Positions 29,128-37,898 of a stretch of DNA of 64,000 nt are shown in pieces. The DNA is from Granulicella sp. Lineage in GTDB: Bacteria > Acidobacteriota > Terriglobia > Terriglobales > Acidobacteriaceae. The stretch lies in assembly GCA_027339965.1 (NCBI GenBank), contig DAHWNL010000082.1:1-64000 (forward strand), read 5' to 3'. Position numbers and translations under genes: made by a program. The notes beneath the pieces are model-generated. The model was given only the letters and a program-made list of their open reading frames with translations. It was not told where the DNA came from and searched no databases. The stretch's first letter is position 1. Every line of letters begins with the position of its first letter.

Positions 29128-29547
29128 TCACTTCGATTCCACAAACTCTTCCAGATTCCTGGCTTGCACCTGATCCCAGTCCGGCACGGCGACCGCCACG
29201 CGTCTGCGCCGCTCGGCCACCGGCTCCAGCAGTAGGCTGAGGCGCTCCTGCGCCGCATCCAGCTTCCCCAGCTCCGCGATCGCCCGGTCGCGAAGGCCGC
29301 GCAGCTCGCTGAGCGTCTCCGCCTGCACATCCTTGCCGAGCTTCGCCTGGTAGCCGATCTCCTGCGCTCGCTCCAGCAGAATCTCCACCTGCACGCGCAG
29401 CCGGGAGACGCCCTCCACCAGCGCAGCCTGGCGCGGCAGCATCTGCGCGATCCCCTGCGCCATCCGCTCCATCTGCGCGGAGCTACCGCGGATCGCCCGG
29501 ATCTCCTCGCCCCAAAGCCAATCCCTCACGCGCTCACGCATCGTCAT
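29128..29547 (-). CDS. Phage coiled-coil hypothetical protein
   Basis: ATG 2 nt after the terminase stop; helical charged sequence. Confidence 0.6.
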   Translation of the reverse strand: MTMRERVRDWLWGEEIRAIRGSSAQMERMAQGIAQMLPRQAALVEGVSRLRVQVEILLERAQEIGYQAKLGKDVQAETLSELRGLRDRAIAELGKLDAAQERLSLLLEPVAERRRRVAVAVPDWDQVQARNLEEFVESK

Positions 29548-29548
29548 C

Positions 29549-31099
29549 TCAAAGCTCCCAGTACGGTCGAACCGTGTTCTTCCGGCTGCGCCGCTCGGTC
29601 TCGGCCAGGCGGATAAAGTGTCTTTCGCGCTCGGTGGGCGCGGCCTCAATCTGCAGGCGCACCTGATCCTCATGGCGCATCTTCGCCGGCGAGCCCAGGA
29701 TGTGATAGATCCCGTAGCCGGCGCCCTGCAGCGGATCGTCGCCCAGAAAGCCGGCGATCTTCTCCTGGTGCACATCGTCGCGCGGGGCCATCTTGATGCA
29801 CTCGATCAGCCGCGGGCACTCGCTGGAGATGATCCAGTTGGCCCGCTGGATCGGCGCGCCCTCGGCGGTCTTGCCCACCGTCACGCGGCGGCGCAGCATG
29901 TTGTACATGGTCTGCTCGCGCCCCAGCTTATCGCTGCCCGCATTCATGGGCATGGGTAAAGGATACTGGCGCAGGATGCGGCCCATGCGCATGGCCACGC
30001 TGTTGGGGTTGGCCCCATAGCTCTTGGTGGTCTGGTCGGCAAAGGCGTCGTGGGAAAAGGGAAAGCTGACGAAGCTGGGCATCCGGCCGTCCTCGTCCAG
30101 GCTCTCGCGGATGATCATCTCGGCCAGCATCTCCGGGTCGTGATGCTTTACCAGCCGCTCCTTGCAGGTGCGCACCACGCCAAAGTCATCCATGGAGTGC
30201 CAGTAGATGGCCGCCCAGTGCTCAAAGCCCCAGTCGCCGGAGATCCAGCGCCGATGCCAGGGCTGAGCCACGCACTCGCTGGGATCGCAGACGTTCTCGG
30301 CCTCGTCAAAGGCGCCGTAGAAGTAGCCGCCCACCACGTCCCACACGCCGAACTGCATGGCCTCGCGAATGGCCTTGGGGTAGCTCTCCAGGTTGCGCAG
30401 AAAGCTGGGATCGCTGGCGTAGATCGGGTTGTCCAGGTAGGTGCAAGGGAAGTAGGCGTAGTCGGCGGGGTTGTAGGCGCGCCGCTGATCCTCATCCATC
30501 TCATCGCAGGGTTTGTGCTCTACAAACACCTTGCGCACCCAGGGAGCGCCCACGCCGATAGGGTTGCCCGCGCCATCCTTGGTGCAGTACGGATCCACCG
30601 GGCAGCGGTTCCAGGCCGCGGTGGCGTTCCACTGCTCAAAGGTGAACTCGCACAGCTCGTCGTAGAAGATCTTGCGCCACTGCCCCTGATAGCTCCAGGC
30701 ATCGTGCTCATGCTGCATGGAACCGAAGACGGTGGTGGCTCCGTTGAGCCAGGTCACGGTGCGCCGTCCGGAGCCGGACAGGCTCTTGTACAGCTCGCGT
30801 GGCACCAGCTCCTGAAAGCGGGTGAGCAGGGTGCTCTCCAGCATCGGCTGCGTGCGGCGCAGCATCAGCGTGTGGACGTGCGGGGCCACGTCCGGCGAGA
30901 ACTCATTGCAGCTCACCATGTGTTCCACGATGCCGCAGGCGGTCTTGCCCGGCCCCGCCGCTCCGCCCAGAAAGTTGAACGGGGCCACCGAGCCGTGGAA
31001 GAGCCGCTGCTTGGGATAGGGACTGTAACGCTGCTTGAAGTTGATCCTGAGCAACTTCTGATGAAAGTCCTCGGCAAATCGTTCTACGCCGGTCTGCAT
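29549..31099 (-). CDS. Terminase large subunit
   Basis: YPKQ Q-motif, Walker A GGAAGPGKT, Walker B IFYDE, coupling motif AGNP, RNase H-like SGDWG and GDD. Confidence 0.93.
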   Translation of the reverse strand: MQTGVERFAEDFHQKLLRINFKQRYSPYPKQRLFHGSVAPFNFLGGAAGPGKTACGIVEHMVSCNEFSPDVAPHVHTLMLRRTQPMLESTLLTRFQELVPRELYKSLSGSGRRTVTWLNGATTVFGSMQHEHDAWSYQGQWRKIFYDELCEFTFEQWNATAAWNRCPVDPYCTKDGAGNPIGVGAPWVRKVFVEHKPCDEMDEDQRRAYNPADYAYFPCTYLDNPIYASDPSFLRNLESYPKAIREAMQFGVWDVVGGYFYGAFDEAENVCDPSECVAQPWHRRWISGDWGFEHWAAIYWHSMDDFGVVRTCKERLVKHHDPEMLAEMIIRESLDEDGRMPSFVSFPFSHDAFADQTTKSYGANPNSVAMRMGRILRQYPLPMPMNAGSDKLGREQTMYNMLRRRVTVGKTAEGAPIQRANWIISSECPRLIECIKMAPRDDVHQEKIAGFLGDDPLQGAGYGIYHILGSPAKMRHEDQVRLQIEAAPTERERHFIRLAETERRSRKNTVRPYWEL

Positions 31100-31162
31100 T
31101 CGCTCTCCTGCGTCTGTGTTCTCGCGCCGTCCGCGCCGGCTTCGGGCTGGCACCGGGATCGG

Positions 31163-31882
31163 TCAGCCCTGTTGGGGGTCCGACCGGCGTTGCGGGCGCG
31201 GTACATCGTGGATGAGCTGTACGCCCAGCGTTCCAGAGTGCTCCACACGTTCCGTGAACAGGCGAAGATACCGGCCCAGCATCTCCAGGCTTTTGAGTTT
31301 GTCGGCCAGCTTGATCTTCTTCATCTCGCCGCCGTCCTGCATCTGGCGAAGATCCAGTCCGGCGATCGCCGCGGCTTCATCCTCGCCCATCTGGCCGGGC
31401 GGGAGCAGGTTGCCGTTGGCGTCGAAGATCCGGCGAGGATCGAAGAAGGCCAGCTTGGCCATCTCGTCCAGGACGCGCTCGGCGGTGATCTCGCGCCTGG
31501 CCATCTCCTTCTGCGCCTGCTCGGCAACGATGCGGGCCAGCTTCGGGTTGCGGGCGAGGCGTGAGGATTGATGGGCCGCGGTGGACTCGCTGTAGCCGGC
31601 AGCGCGCGCTGCGCGCGAGGCGTTGAATCCGTTGCCGAGATACTCGGCGACAAACAGGCGCTGGCGGAGCGACAGGGAGTCCAGCTCGGCGCGCAGGTCG
31701 TCGGGAAGCTCGACGGCCTGGCTTTGATCTTTACCTGCGGCGAGGCTCTGGTCTGGGCTCGCCGCCGTGCTCTGTTCTCTTCCAGCGGCGAGGCTCTGCT
31801 GTTTGCCTGCGGCGCGGCCCCGGCGGCGCGCAGCCTTCATCGCGGCGTCTTTGGCTGCGTCTTTCCGCGCTTTGGAGTTCAT
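31163..31882 (-). CDS. Terminase small subunit (Terminase_2-like)
   Basis: RQRLFVAEYL..FNASRAARAAGYS...ITAERVLDEMAKLAF...KIKLADKLKSLEMLGRYL.LF. Confidence 0.92.
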   Translation of the reverse strand: MNSKARKDAAKDAAMKAARRRGRAAGKQQSLAAGREQSTAASPDQSLAAGKDQSQAVELPDDLRAELDSLSLRQRLFVAEYLGNGFNASRAARAAGYSESTAAHQSSRLARNPKLARIVAEQAQKEMARREITAERVLDEMAKLAFFDPRRIFDANGNLLPPGQMGEDEAAAIAGLDLRQMQDGGEMKKIKLADKLKSLEMLGRYLRLFTERVEHSGTLGVQLIHDVPRPQRRSDPQQG

Positions 31883-31883
31883 C

Positions 31884-32444
31884 TCAACCTTTCCCGACCC
31901 CCGCCAGATCCACGCGCAGGCTGGGGGCTTTGGTGGTGACGCGGAAGCAGGCGCGCACCAGCTCGCTCACCCGGTTGCGGATTCTTGCAGGGAGCTCCAG
32001 CGCGCGCAGCACATCGTCCGGGCCCTTCACAATGTGGTAGCTCACCTGGCGGGTGAAGAAGCGCTCCGCCGCGCCCTCCGGCAGGTTCTTCTCCAGGTAA
32101 CCGCGGAAGGCCTCACAGGCGGCGTCATCCATCTGCACCAGGGTTCCGGTGGTGGCCACGGCGCAGTGATGCAGGCCCTGCAGACGGCGGCTCTTGCTGG
32201 TGGAATGGACGCCGTAGGCTTCAATCCACTCCAGCAGCTTCGCCTTGCGCTCGTCACAGGTCTCCTGGAGCGAGCGCTGCACGTCTCTTTGCTGGAGCAG
32301 CGAGCTTTGCAGAGCGGCGTACTCTTCAATCAGCGCGTCGATCTGGCGCGGCGCGGGCGGCTGGCTGGGCGGCTGGCTGGGCGCAGGCCGACCGGGGGAC
32401 AAAGCGGGAGTATCTGGGGACAAAACAGGTGTGCCTGGGGTCAT
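31884..32444 (-). CDS. Helical phage protein, Mu Gam-like architecture
   Basis: N-terminal coiled coil, then KSRRL beta segment; the resemblance is weak. Confidence 0.45.
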   Translation of the reverse strand: MTPGTPVLSPDTPALSPGRPAPSQPPSQPPAPRQIDALIEEYAALQSSLLQQRDVQRSLQETCDERKAKLLEWIEAYGVHSTSKSRRLQGLHHCAVATTGTLVQMDDAACEAFRGYLEKNLPEGAAERFFTRQVSYHIVKGPDDVLRALELPARIRNRVSELVRACFRVTTKAPSLRVDLAGVGKG

Positions 32445-32464
32445 CGTCTCTCTCCGGTGAAGCA

Positions 32465-32836
32465 TCAGGCGGAGCGGCGCAGCAGGTAGGCCGCAGCAGC
32501 GGCGAGCGCGGCGTGGGGGACGGCAGCCTGGGAGCCGCATGCGGCTGCGGCCGGCTGGGCAGAGGGCTGGCGGCGCGGGCGGCCAACCAGCGTCAGCTTC
32601 TTCTGCCGCTGCGCCTCCTTCTCCATCTCCTCGCGCATGGCGGCGCGATACTGGCGCTCGGCGCGGGCTCGCTCCGGATCTTCCTTCCACTGCTCGCAGG
32701 GCGCATGCTCGGCTTCAGCCTCTTCGCGCTGGGAGAGCATGGCCTCCGGGTCGCGCAGCATGCGCCGCGGAATCTCGACGCACTCTCCGCAAAGGGTGCA
32801 CTCCAGACACTGGTCCCGGTCATTCATTCGGATCAT
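32465..32836 (-). CDS. Small Zn-binding phage protein
   Basis: CLECTLCGEC...H..C; ATGA coupling. Confidence 0.55.
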   Translation of the reverse strand: MIRMNDRDQCLECTLCGECVEIPRRMLRDPEAMLSQREEAEAEHAPCEQWKEDPERARAERQYRAAMREEMEKEAQRQKKLTLVGRPRRQPSAQPAAAACGSQAAVPHAALAAAAAYLLRRSA

Positions 32837-33591
32837 GCGGCGACGCTCCTGGCGCTTCCCGCCTGCGCCTGTCCTGCTTGCGGGTGGTTGCTGCGCGAGT
32901 GCTGGACTCGCCGTGGATCGGCCGGCTGGAGTGGGAGCGAGCCGGAGAGGGAGGGGGATTGCGCGTCCTGGGTCGAGGGCAGGATGCAGAAGCTGCTGGA
33001 GCGCCAGGCAGCGCGCTCGCGTTCCAGCACCGCCGCCCCCACAAACGTCAGCCGCCACAGACGCCAGATCTTGCTGCGCATGTCGCGTACATGGCCGCCG
33101 ACCATCTCAAAGCTCATACCCAGAGAGCCCGCGCCCCGCTCCGCATCCTCGCGGGCCGCGCGAGCGACGATCTCCGGGAAGTCCCGGGCGTAGACCAGGC
33201 CGCGCACGCGAAGCTGCTTGCCGTGGATGGCGGCCGCGGTGATGATCCCGGCCTTCTGCCGGGGATTGTGGCCGCTCCAGTCATCTCGGAAGTTCACCGC
33301 CATGCCGATCAGGCTGGGCAGCGCCGCGGCAACGGCCTCGCGCGACAGAATGATGCGATGGCCGCGAGCGCCATCCGGAGCCTTGTCGCTGGGCGTCTCG
33401 ATCAGGGTGAGCACGCCTTCAAAGGCCGCCCGGTTCGGATGCAGCGCCACCTCCGGCAGCGCCGCCAGCGCCGCCTCCGGCACGGCCGGCGAGGGGTCGC
33501 CCGCGGAGCGGCCGGCGGCAGCGCATGGGGATGCGGCGGCAGCGCCTGCGGGTGAGCCGAGGGGAGCGTTCACGAGCGCTCCAACTCGCAC
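32833..33591 (-). CDS. Prohead (HK97/assemblin-fold) serine protease-like protein
   Basis: FEGVLT, His in WSGHN, GLVYARDFP, catalytic-Ser motif LGMSFE, LTFVGAAVL..RAAW. Confidence 0.65.
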   Translation of the reverse strand: MRVGALVNAPLGSPAGAAAASPCAAAGRSAGDPSPAVPEAALAALPEVALHPNRAAFEGVLTLIETPSDKAPDGARGHRIILSREAVAAALPSLIGMAVNFRDDWSGHNPRQKAGIITAAAIHGKQLRVRGLVYARDFPEIVARAAREDAERGAGSLGMSFEMVGGHVRDMRSKIWRLWRLTFVGAAVLERERAAWRSSSFCILPSTQDAQSPSLSGSLPLQPADPRRVQHSRSNHPQAGQAQAGSARSVAA

Positions 33592-34202
33592 GCGGCGAGG
33601 CCGGCTTGGTCCTGTCCGCTGCGCCTTTGTCTCCCCGGTAAGCAGGTTTCTTCCGGCGCTCCATGCCCGCCTGCTGCTTCTGGCGGTCTTTGTCCTTTTT
33701 TCTTCTCTGTTTCTGTTTGTCTCCGCCGGCCGGCTGCGTGGAGCAGGTTCTCCGCCACACGCCGGTCCTCAGCCGAGATTCTGGGCCGCACCGCCACCGC
33801 CTTGGTGTCGCCAATCAGCGGCCAGACCTTGAAGCGCAGCACCTCCGCGCGCTGCCGTCGCGTCAGCCGCTGCCGGCCGTCGGCGGCCAGGGCGACGGCG
33901 TGGGTGGTGGCCACGGTAAGGGTGCAGGGCGTGGGGTGCTCCCAGTTGGTGGGCTGCAGCGCCCGTATGCCCACAGGCTGCACCTGCAGCTCGCCCTGCG
34001 GCGTGGCTACCTCGCGGGAGACCCAGACCGCCTCGCCGCCATCGACCATGGCCTGCGCCTGGCGCGCGGAGATCAGGCGGAAACTCCACTCCGTCCAGCG
34101 CTCGCTGGGCTGAATGTAGGCAAAGTGCGCCACCATCCGGCTGTAAGGGTTCACGGCTCGCTGGGCAGGCGCAGAGGGCCGGCGGCGTTGGCGTCTACGC
34201 AT
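33570..34202 (-). CDS. First late-operon gene, hypothetical
   Basis: ATG 34202 with GGGAG RBS; globular core (WSFRLIS...WPLIGDTKAVAVRPR). Confidence 0.55.
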   Translation of the reverse strand: MRRRQRRRPSAPAQRAVNPYSRMVAHFAYIQPSERWTEWSFRLISARQAQAMVDGGEAVWVSREVATPQGELQVQPVGIRALQPTNWEHPTPCTLTVATTHAVALAADGRQRLTRRQRAEVLRFKVWPLIGDTKAVAVRPRISAEDRRVAENLLHAAGRRRQTETEKKKGQRPPEAAGGHGAPEETCLPGRQRRSGQDQAGLAACELERS

Positions 34203-34335
34203 GGCATCTCCCGGGCAGGGTCGGTGGAAGGTTCGTTGAAGCCGCGGAGGGACGCTGCGCGGAGATTGCGAGCGCAGCGCGCCGGGGCGCAGCCGAGCGC
34301 CCCGGCGCAAGGGCCCAGCGCAGGACTGCCAAGAC

Positions 34336-34359
34336 AAAACCCCATGGCGGGCCATGGGG
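34336..34359 (-). terminator. Intrinsic terminator within the late-operon leader
   Basis: CCCCATGG-CGGG-CCATGGGG stem followed by TTTTGTCTT on the minus strand. Confidence 0.6.
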
Positions 34360-34759
34360 CTGCGGAGAGCGACGTGAGATGAGGAGGGCAGCGGTAGCAC
34401 CGGCGTGCGCGTCCAGCCCGGGAAGGCAGCCCAACGCAAGCCCGGCGCGAAATGCAAGCCCAGGGCTGGATGCACCCTCAAGGCTGTGCGGCCCGTCTGC
34501 GGACACACCTCGGCGTCCCAGGGGTGGCCTGCTCAGAGTGAGGTCCGTCGTTATCCGGCTGGGAAGCGGCTTCGCCTGCCGGGCGCACTCGATTCGATTG
34601 TGGGGAGGTGATGTGGGCGGTGGAAGAGCGGATCTGGGTGGGTGGTGTCTTGTGTTCTCGGTTGCCTTGCGGCTGTTGCCCGGCCGGCTGCGGTTTGTGG
34701 CCCGCAGACCTTTGGGGGTCGCACACCCTTGTTCTTTATGCTCAAAAGAAGCTAGGCTA

Positions 34760-34788
34760 ATCCTATTCATCCCACTCTCCGCCGTCAA
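34760..34788 (-). promoter_or_regulatory. sigma70-type late promoter
   Basis: TTGACG-17 bp-TAGGAT on the minus strand. Confidence 0.7.
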
Positions 34789-34860
34789 GCCCTGCCTGTG
34801 GAAAACTTTCATGTCTGGGGTGATCTTCCCGGGTCGATCGCTTGGGTTGGAGATCTTCCG

Positions 34861-34930
34861 GCTGGCCTCTTGGAGCTGGCCTCTTGGGGCTGGCCTCTTG
34901 CTATTGGTCCGCTTTGCTGTTGGTCCACTG
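34861..34930. repeat. Tandem repeats upstream of the late promoter
   Basis: GCTGGCCTCTTG three times at 14-bp period, then TGCTRTTGGTCC twice at 16-bp period. Confidence 0.8.
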
Positions 34931-35067
34931 GCCGCGAGCTCTTGCCCGGGCTCCTCTTTCCCTCAGCGGGTGGCCGTCGTCCGCTGTCTCCGTCTGCCCT
35001 CCGCTCCGGCCCAAGCCGCGGGCCCGGCGCGGCAGGCTGGGCGCAGCAGGTTGGGAGACAGAGTGGT

Positions 35068-36750
35068 TCAGCCTGGCGCGGCGCGCGGCTCGGCTTCCAG
35101 CACAGCGCGGACCCACAGCGGCGCCTCCTGCGCGTAGATAGGCACGCCTCGCTGGCGCATTCGCCGCCAGTAGCCGAGCGCGGCTTGCCGCTGTTCTGCC
35201 TCACGCCGCTCCGTCTCGCTCATCCCTGCCTGGCTCTGCTCGGTTGCTTGCCGCGCGGCTCCGCGCCGGGGGGGCGCGCTGGGCTCGCCGCTTTCCAGCC
35301 GTGCGGTCTCCTGGACGGGGGCTGGGGAATCTGCAGCGCTGCGGCAGGTTTGTACGCTGCGGCAGGCTGCGGCACCGCGCCAGCTCTCCATGTTGCAGCA
35401 GCTTGTTGCGCTGCGCAGGATGCCGGGCTCGCGATAGCGCTCGGCCTGCGCAGCGGCTGCCAGACCCGGAGCGCCGTGGCGGCCCTGCGGCGGCATGACT
35501 TGCGCTCGGCGCGGCCAGGCCTCCGGCTCAGCCCACAGGCCGTCGCCAAAGAACCGGGAGAATCCCCACTGGATCTGCAGCTCCTGACGCCGGCACAGCT
35601 CGCGATACTGTCGCCAACGCTCCACCATGCGCGCGGCCAGGGCCTGCAGCGCGCGCTCTGCGGGCGGCGCAGGGCAGCCCTGTTGCGCGGCGTCCGCACC
35701 TGTCGGCACCCGGGCGGCGCATCGCATCGCCAGCTCGAACTGGCGGTTGAGCAGCGACTCCAGCCGCCGGGTCGCGGAGACGCCACTCTGCTCGAGCACC
35801 CAGCGCGCGGCCCCGACGAACGCAGAGAGCTGGAGCGCCGGCTCCGGCTGGCTGGCGGCCGAGCTCCCAATCCCCGCCGAACCACCCGGCCCCCCTTGGG
35901 GGGTGGGGGGGGTGTGGCTGTCTTCTCTCTCTGGTTCTTTCTTTAAAAGATGGAAGGATATCCCCGGTTGGGACACCAGAGCGCTCTGCTGGGACACCGC
36001 AGCCGCAGGCTGGGACACCGGATCGCTCTGCTGGGATACCAGTGCGTCGAGCTGGGACAAGGACGTCTCGGCGGGCGTCTCGCAGCCAGCCTGGGCGGCA
36101 GCCTTGCAAGCAGCGTCCAGGGCCGGCTCCGATGGGCCTGGGACTGAACCAACCGCAGGAAACAGCGTCGGCGCCAGATCAAGCTGCGCCGGAGCTGGCA
36201 TCGAGCCAACGGATGCGGAGGAGACCTTCGCCTGGATGCTCCTTTGGCTGTGCAGTTCGGCCAGGCGGCGGCGCAGCTCCGGCTCGCCCACCCTCGCCAG
36301 CTCGCGCAACGCCACGAGCTGGTAAGCCGAAGGTCGCCGGCTGGAGCCTTTGCTCTCCAGCACCATCCCCAACTGCACCAGCTCGCGCAGCTTGCGGTGC
36401 GCCGTGGAGCGGGAGACGCAGCTCTCCCGCGCCAGCGCCTCCACGGTCACCGGCAGCTCGGCCCGCGCCGCCGCCAGCGGCGCCAGCCGGGTCATGGCCA
36501 CGTAGACCATCCCGCCCTCCGGGCCGATCAGGGGCAGAAACACCCGGAAGAACTCATGCTCAACGTAACACCAGCCGCCCTGGCTGGTGCTGCGCAGGTC
36601 GGCGTTGCGCACACCCGCGCGAAAACCCGCTCCAAGGCCCGCGCCAGCGTCTCCCCGCGGGCCGCCGCGTCCTCTAGGCGGACGATCGGCCTTGGGGCCG
36701 CCCAGCCCGTAGCCGCCCGGCTCCTGGCCGCTGCTCCAGGCGCTCGTCAT
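35068..36750 (-). CDS. Phage replication initiator (N-terminal wHTH, lambda O/DnaD-like architecture)
   Basis: wHTH TVEALARESCVSRSTAHRKLRELVQLGMV, internal iteron-coded repeats, TPPTPQGG linker, C-terminal WGFSRFFGDGLW. Confidence 0.75.
   Translation of the reverse strand: MTSAWSSGQEPGGYGLGGPKADRPPRGRGGPRGDAGAGLGAGFRAGVRNADLRSTSQGGWCYVEHEFFRVFLPLIGPEGGMVYVAMTRLAPLAAARAELPVTVEALARESCVSRSTAHRKLRELVQLGMVLESKGSSRRPSAYQLVALRELARVGEPELRRRLAELHSQRSIQAKVSSASVGSMPAPAQLDLAPTLFPAVGSVPGPSEPALDAACKAAAQAGCETPAETSLSQLDALVSQQSDPVSQPAAAVSQQSALVSQPGISFHLLKKEPEREDSHTPPTPQGGPGGSAGIGSSAASQPEPALQLSAFVGAARWVLEQSGVSATRRLESLLNRQFELAMRCAARVPTGADAAQQGCPAPPAERALQALAARMVERWRQYRELCRRQELQIQWGFSRFFGDGLWAEPEAWPRRAQVMPPQGRHGAPGLAAAAQAERYREPGILRSATSCCNMESWRGAAACRSVQTCRSAADSPAPVQETARLESGEPSAPPRRGAARQATEQSQAGMSETERREAEQRQAALGYWRRMRQRGVPIYAQEAPLWVRAVLEAEPRAAPG
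35969..36060. repeat. Five iterons at exact 21-bp spacing (putative ori inside the rep gene)
   Basis: TGGGACACC at 35969, 35990 and 36011, TGGGATACC at 36032, TGGGACAA at 36053; AT-rich TTCTTTCTTTAAAAGA next to them. Confidence 0.8.
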
Positions 36751-36854
36751 GCCACCACCACCGCCAGCAGCGCCGCCGACAAAGCCAGCAGCCACCAAAG
36801 GGACCGCCTCAGTTCCTCACTCACACTACGCTCCTAAACCTGATATGCAATTGA

Positions 36855-36883
36855 ATAGTCGTACGTATTAGACAATTTGTCAA
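36855..36883 (-). promoter_or_regulatory. Putative early promoter for rep
   Basis: TTGACA-17 bp-GACTAT in an AT-rich patch; the -10 is weak. Confidence 0.5.
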
Positions 36884-37144
36884 GCGCATGCCTGCGCATA
36901 GAGCCAAATTTGACTCAACAAGCAATAAAAGAGAGTGCACTTGAGGAAAGCGGCGTACGCCTTTGGTCACATGGCCTCGAACACACAGGAGGTCTCTTTA
37001 CCCGCGAGAGGATCTGGAGATCGCCGCGGGTCGGTTGCAGTGGGCGCCGGCCGGGGGATAAGGCCGGAAGCCATGGCCAGGCGTGGCCAGCAGCGGCGGC
37101 AGAAGGGAGTGGCAGGAGGGTTCTGGGCTTGCCGCCTGGGGTGG

Positions 37145-37262
37145 ACAAGCAGCTTTCGTGTTGCCGGGCATCCCGAACAGGGCTTGCAGCGGCGTTTTCC
37201 TGGGGGGAGAAACGCCTATCGAAGTTCAGGTACCCTCTCCATCGGCACGGAAGGTGCTTTTA
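37145..37262. repeat. ~117-bp MITE-like palindromic element, copy A
   Basis: Clearly homologous to 45787-45902; ends on the TAA stop of the repressor gene. Confidence 0.75.
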
Positions 37263-37898
37263 GCGTCTGCGGTACTGCCGGTGCTCCACCATCACTCCGG
37301 CGATGCGCAGCGCCAGCCGGTCGGACCGCAGCGGAGCGTGCAGCGCATTGAGGGGGACCAGTTCGAAGACGTCGATGCCGTTCTCATTGATGCCGGCGCT
37401 GCGATACTGGCGGAAGCTCGCCTCTCCGCTCGGTTCCGTAGCCACCACAAAGTCCCCTGGCGAGGGTTGAAGGGTGGGGTCGATCACCACCATATCTCCG
37501 GGCTGGAACCTGGGCTCCATCGAATCGCCCTTGATACGCATCGCAAATGTGCTCGGCGGATGCTCTAGATCGGTCACAATGCTCTCCCGTGGCTCCTCAT
37601 CTTTTGGGCGGTCTGCGGAGGCGGTCCATCGGCCGATCTGTTCGTAGTCGAGCACCGGTATCCTTCGCCATCCCAGAGGAACTTCCTCGACGTTACTCCG
37701 GCTGCCGGATGCATACAAAACATCGACGGAGACTCCCAGCGCCCCGGCGATCTTCAGCAGGGTCTCGCGGCTGTAATAGGCGCCCCGCTCCACCCGGGAG
37801 AGAAAGGGCCCCGAGATCCCCGCCAGCGTGGCCAGCTTCGTCACCGTCCATCCCAGACGCTCTCTGCGCTTCCTGATCTCCGAACCGATGTCTGCCAT
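37260..37898 (-). CDS. CI/LexA-like repressor (XRE HTH + S24 domain), autocleavage residues substituted
   Basis: HTH IRKRRERLGWTVTKLATLAGISGPFLSRVERG; GDSMEP Ser retained; EQIG in place of VQAG; ASFRQY in place of ATFKKY. Confidence 0.9.
   Translation of the reverse strand: MADIGSEIRKRRERLGWTVTKLATLAGISGPFLSRVERGAYYSRETLLKIAGALGVSVDVLYASGSRSNVEEVPLGWRRIPVLDYEQIGRWTASADRPKDEEPRESIVTDLEHPPSTFAMRIKGDSMEPRFQPGDMVVIDPTLQPSPGDFVVATEPSGEASFRQYRSAGINENGIDVFELVPLNALHAPLRSDRLALRIAGVMVEHRQYRRR

Noticed and set aside
29700..29745. Inactivated terminase nuclease (DDPLQG instead of DDxxDA)
   Set aside because: The DD pair is retained and supplies the catalytic Asp in T4-type terminases, so loss of function cannot be claimed.
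36877..37351. cro-like gene between repressor and rep
   Set aside because: The ORFs here lack an HTH pattern and part of the region is the MITE-like repeat.
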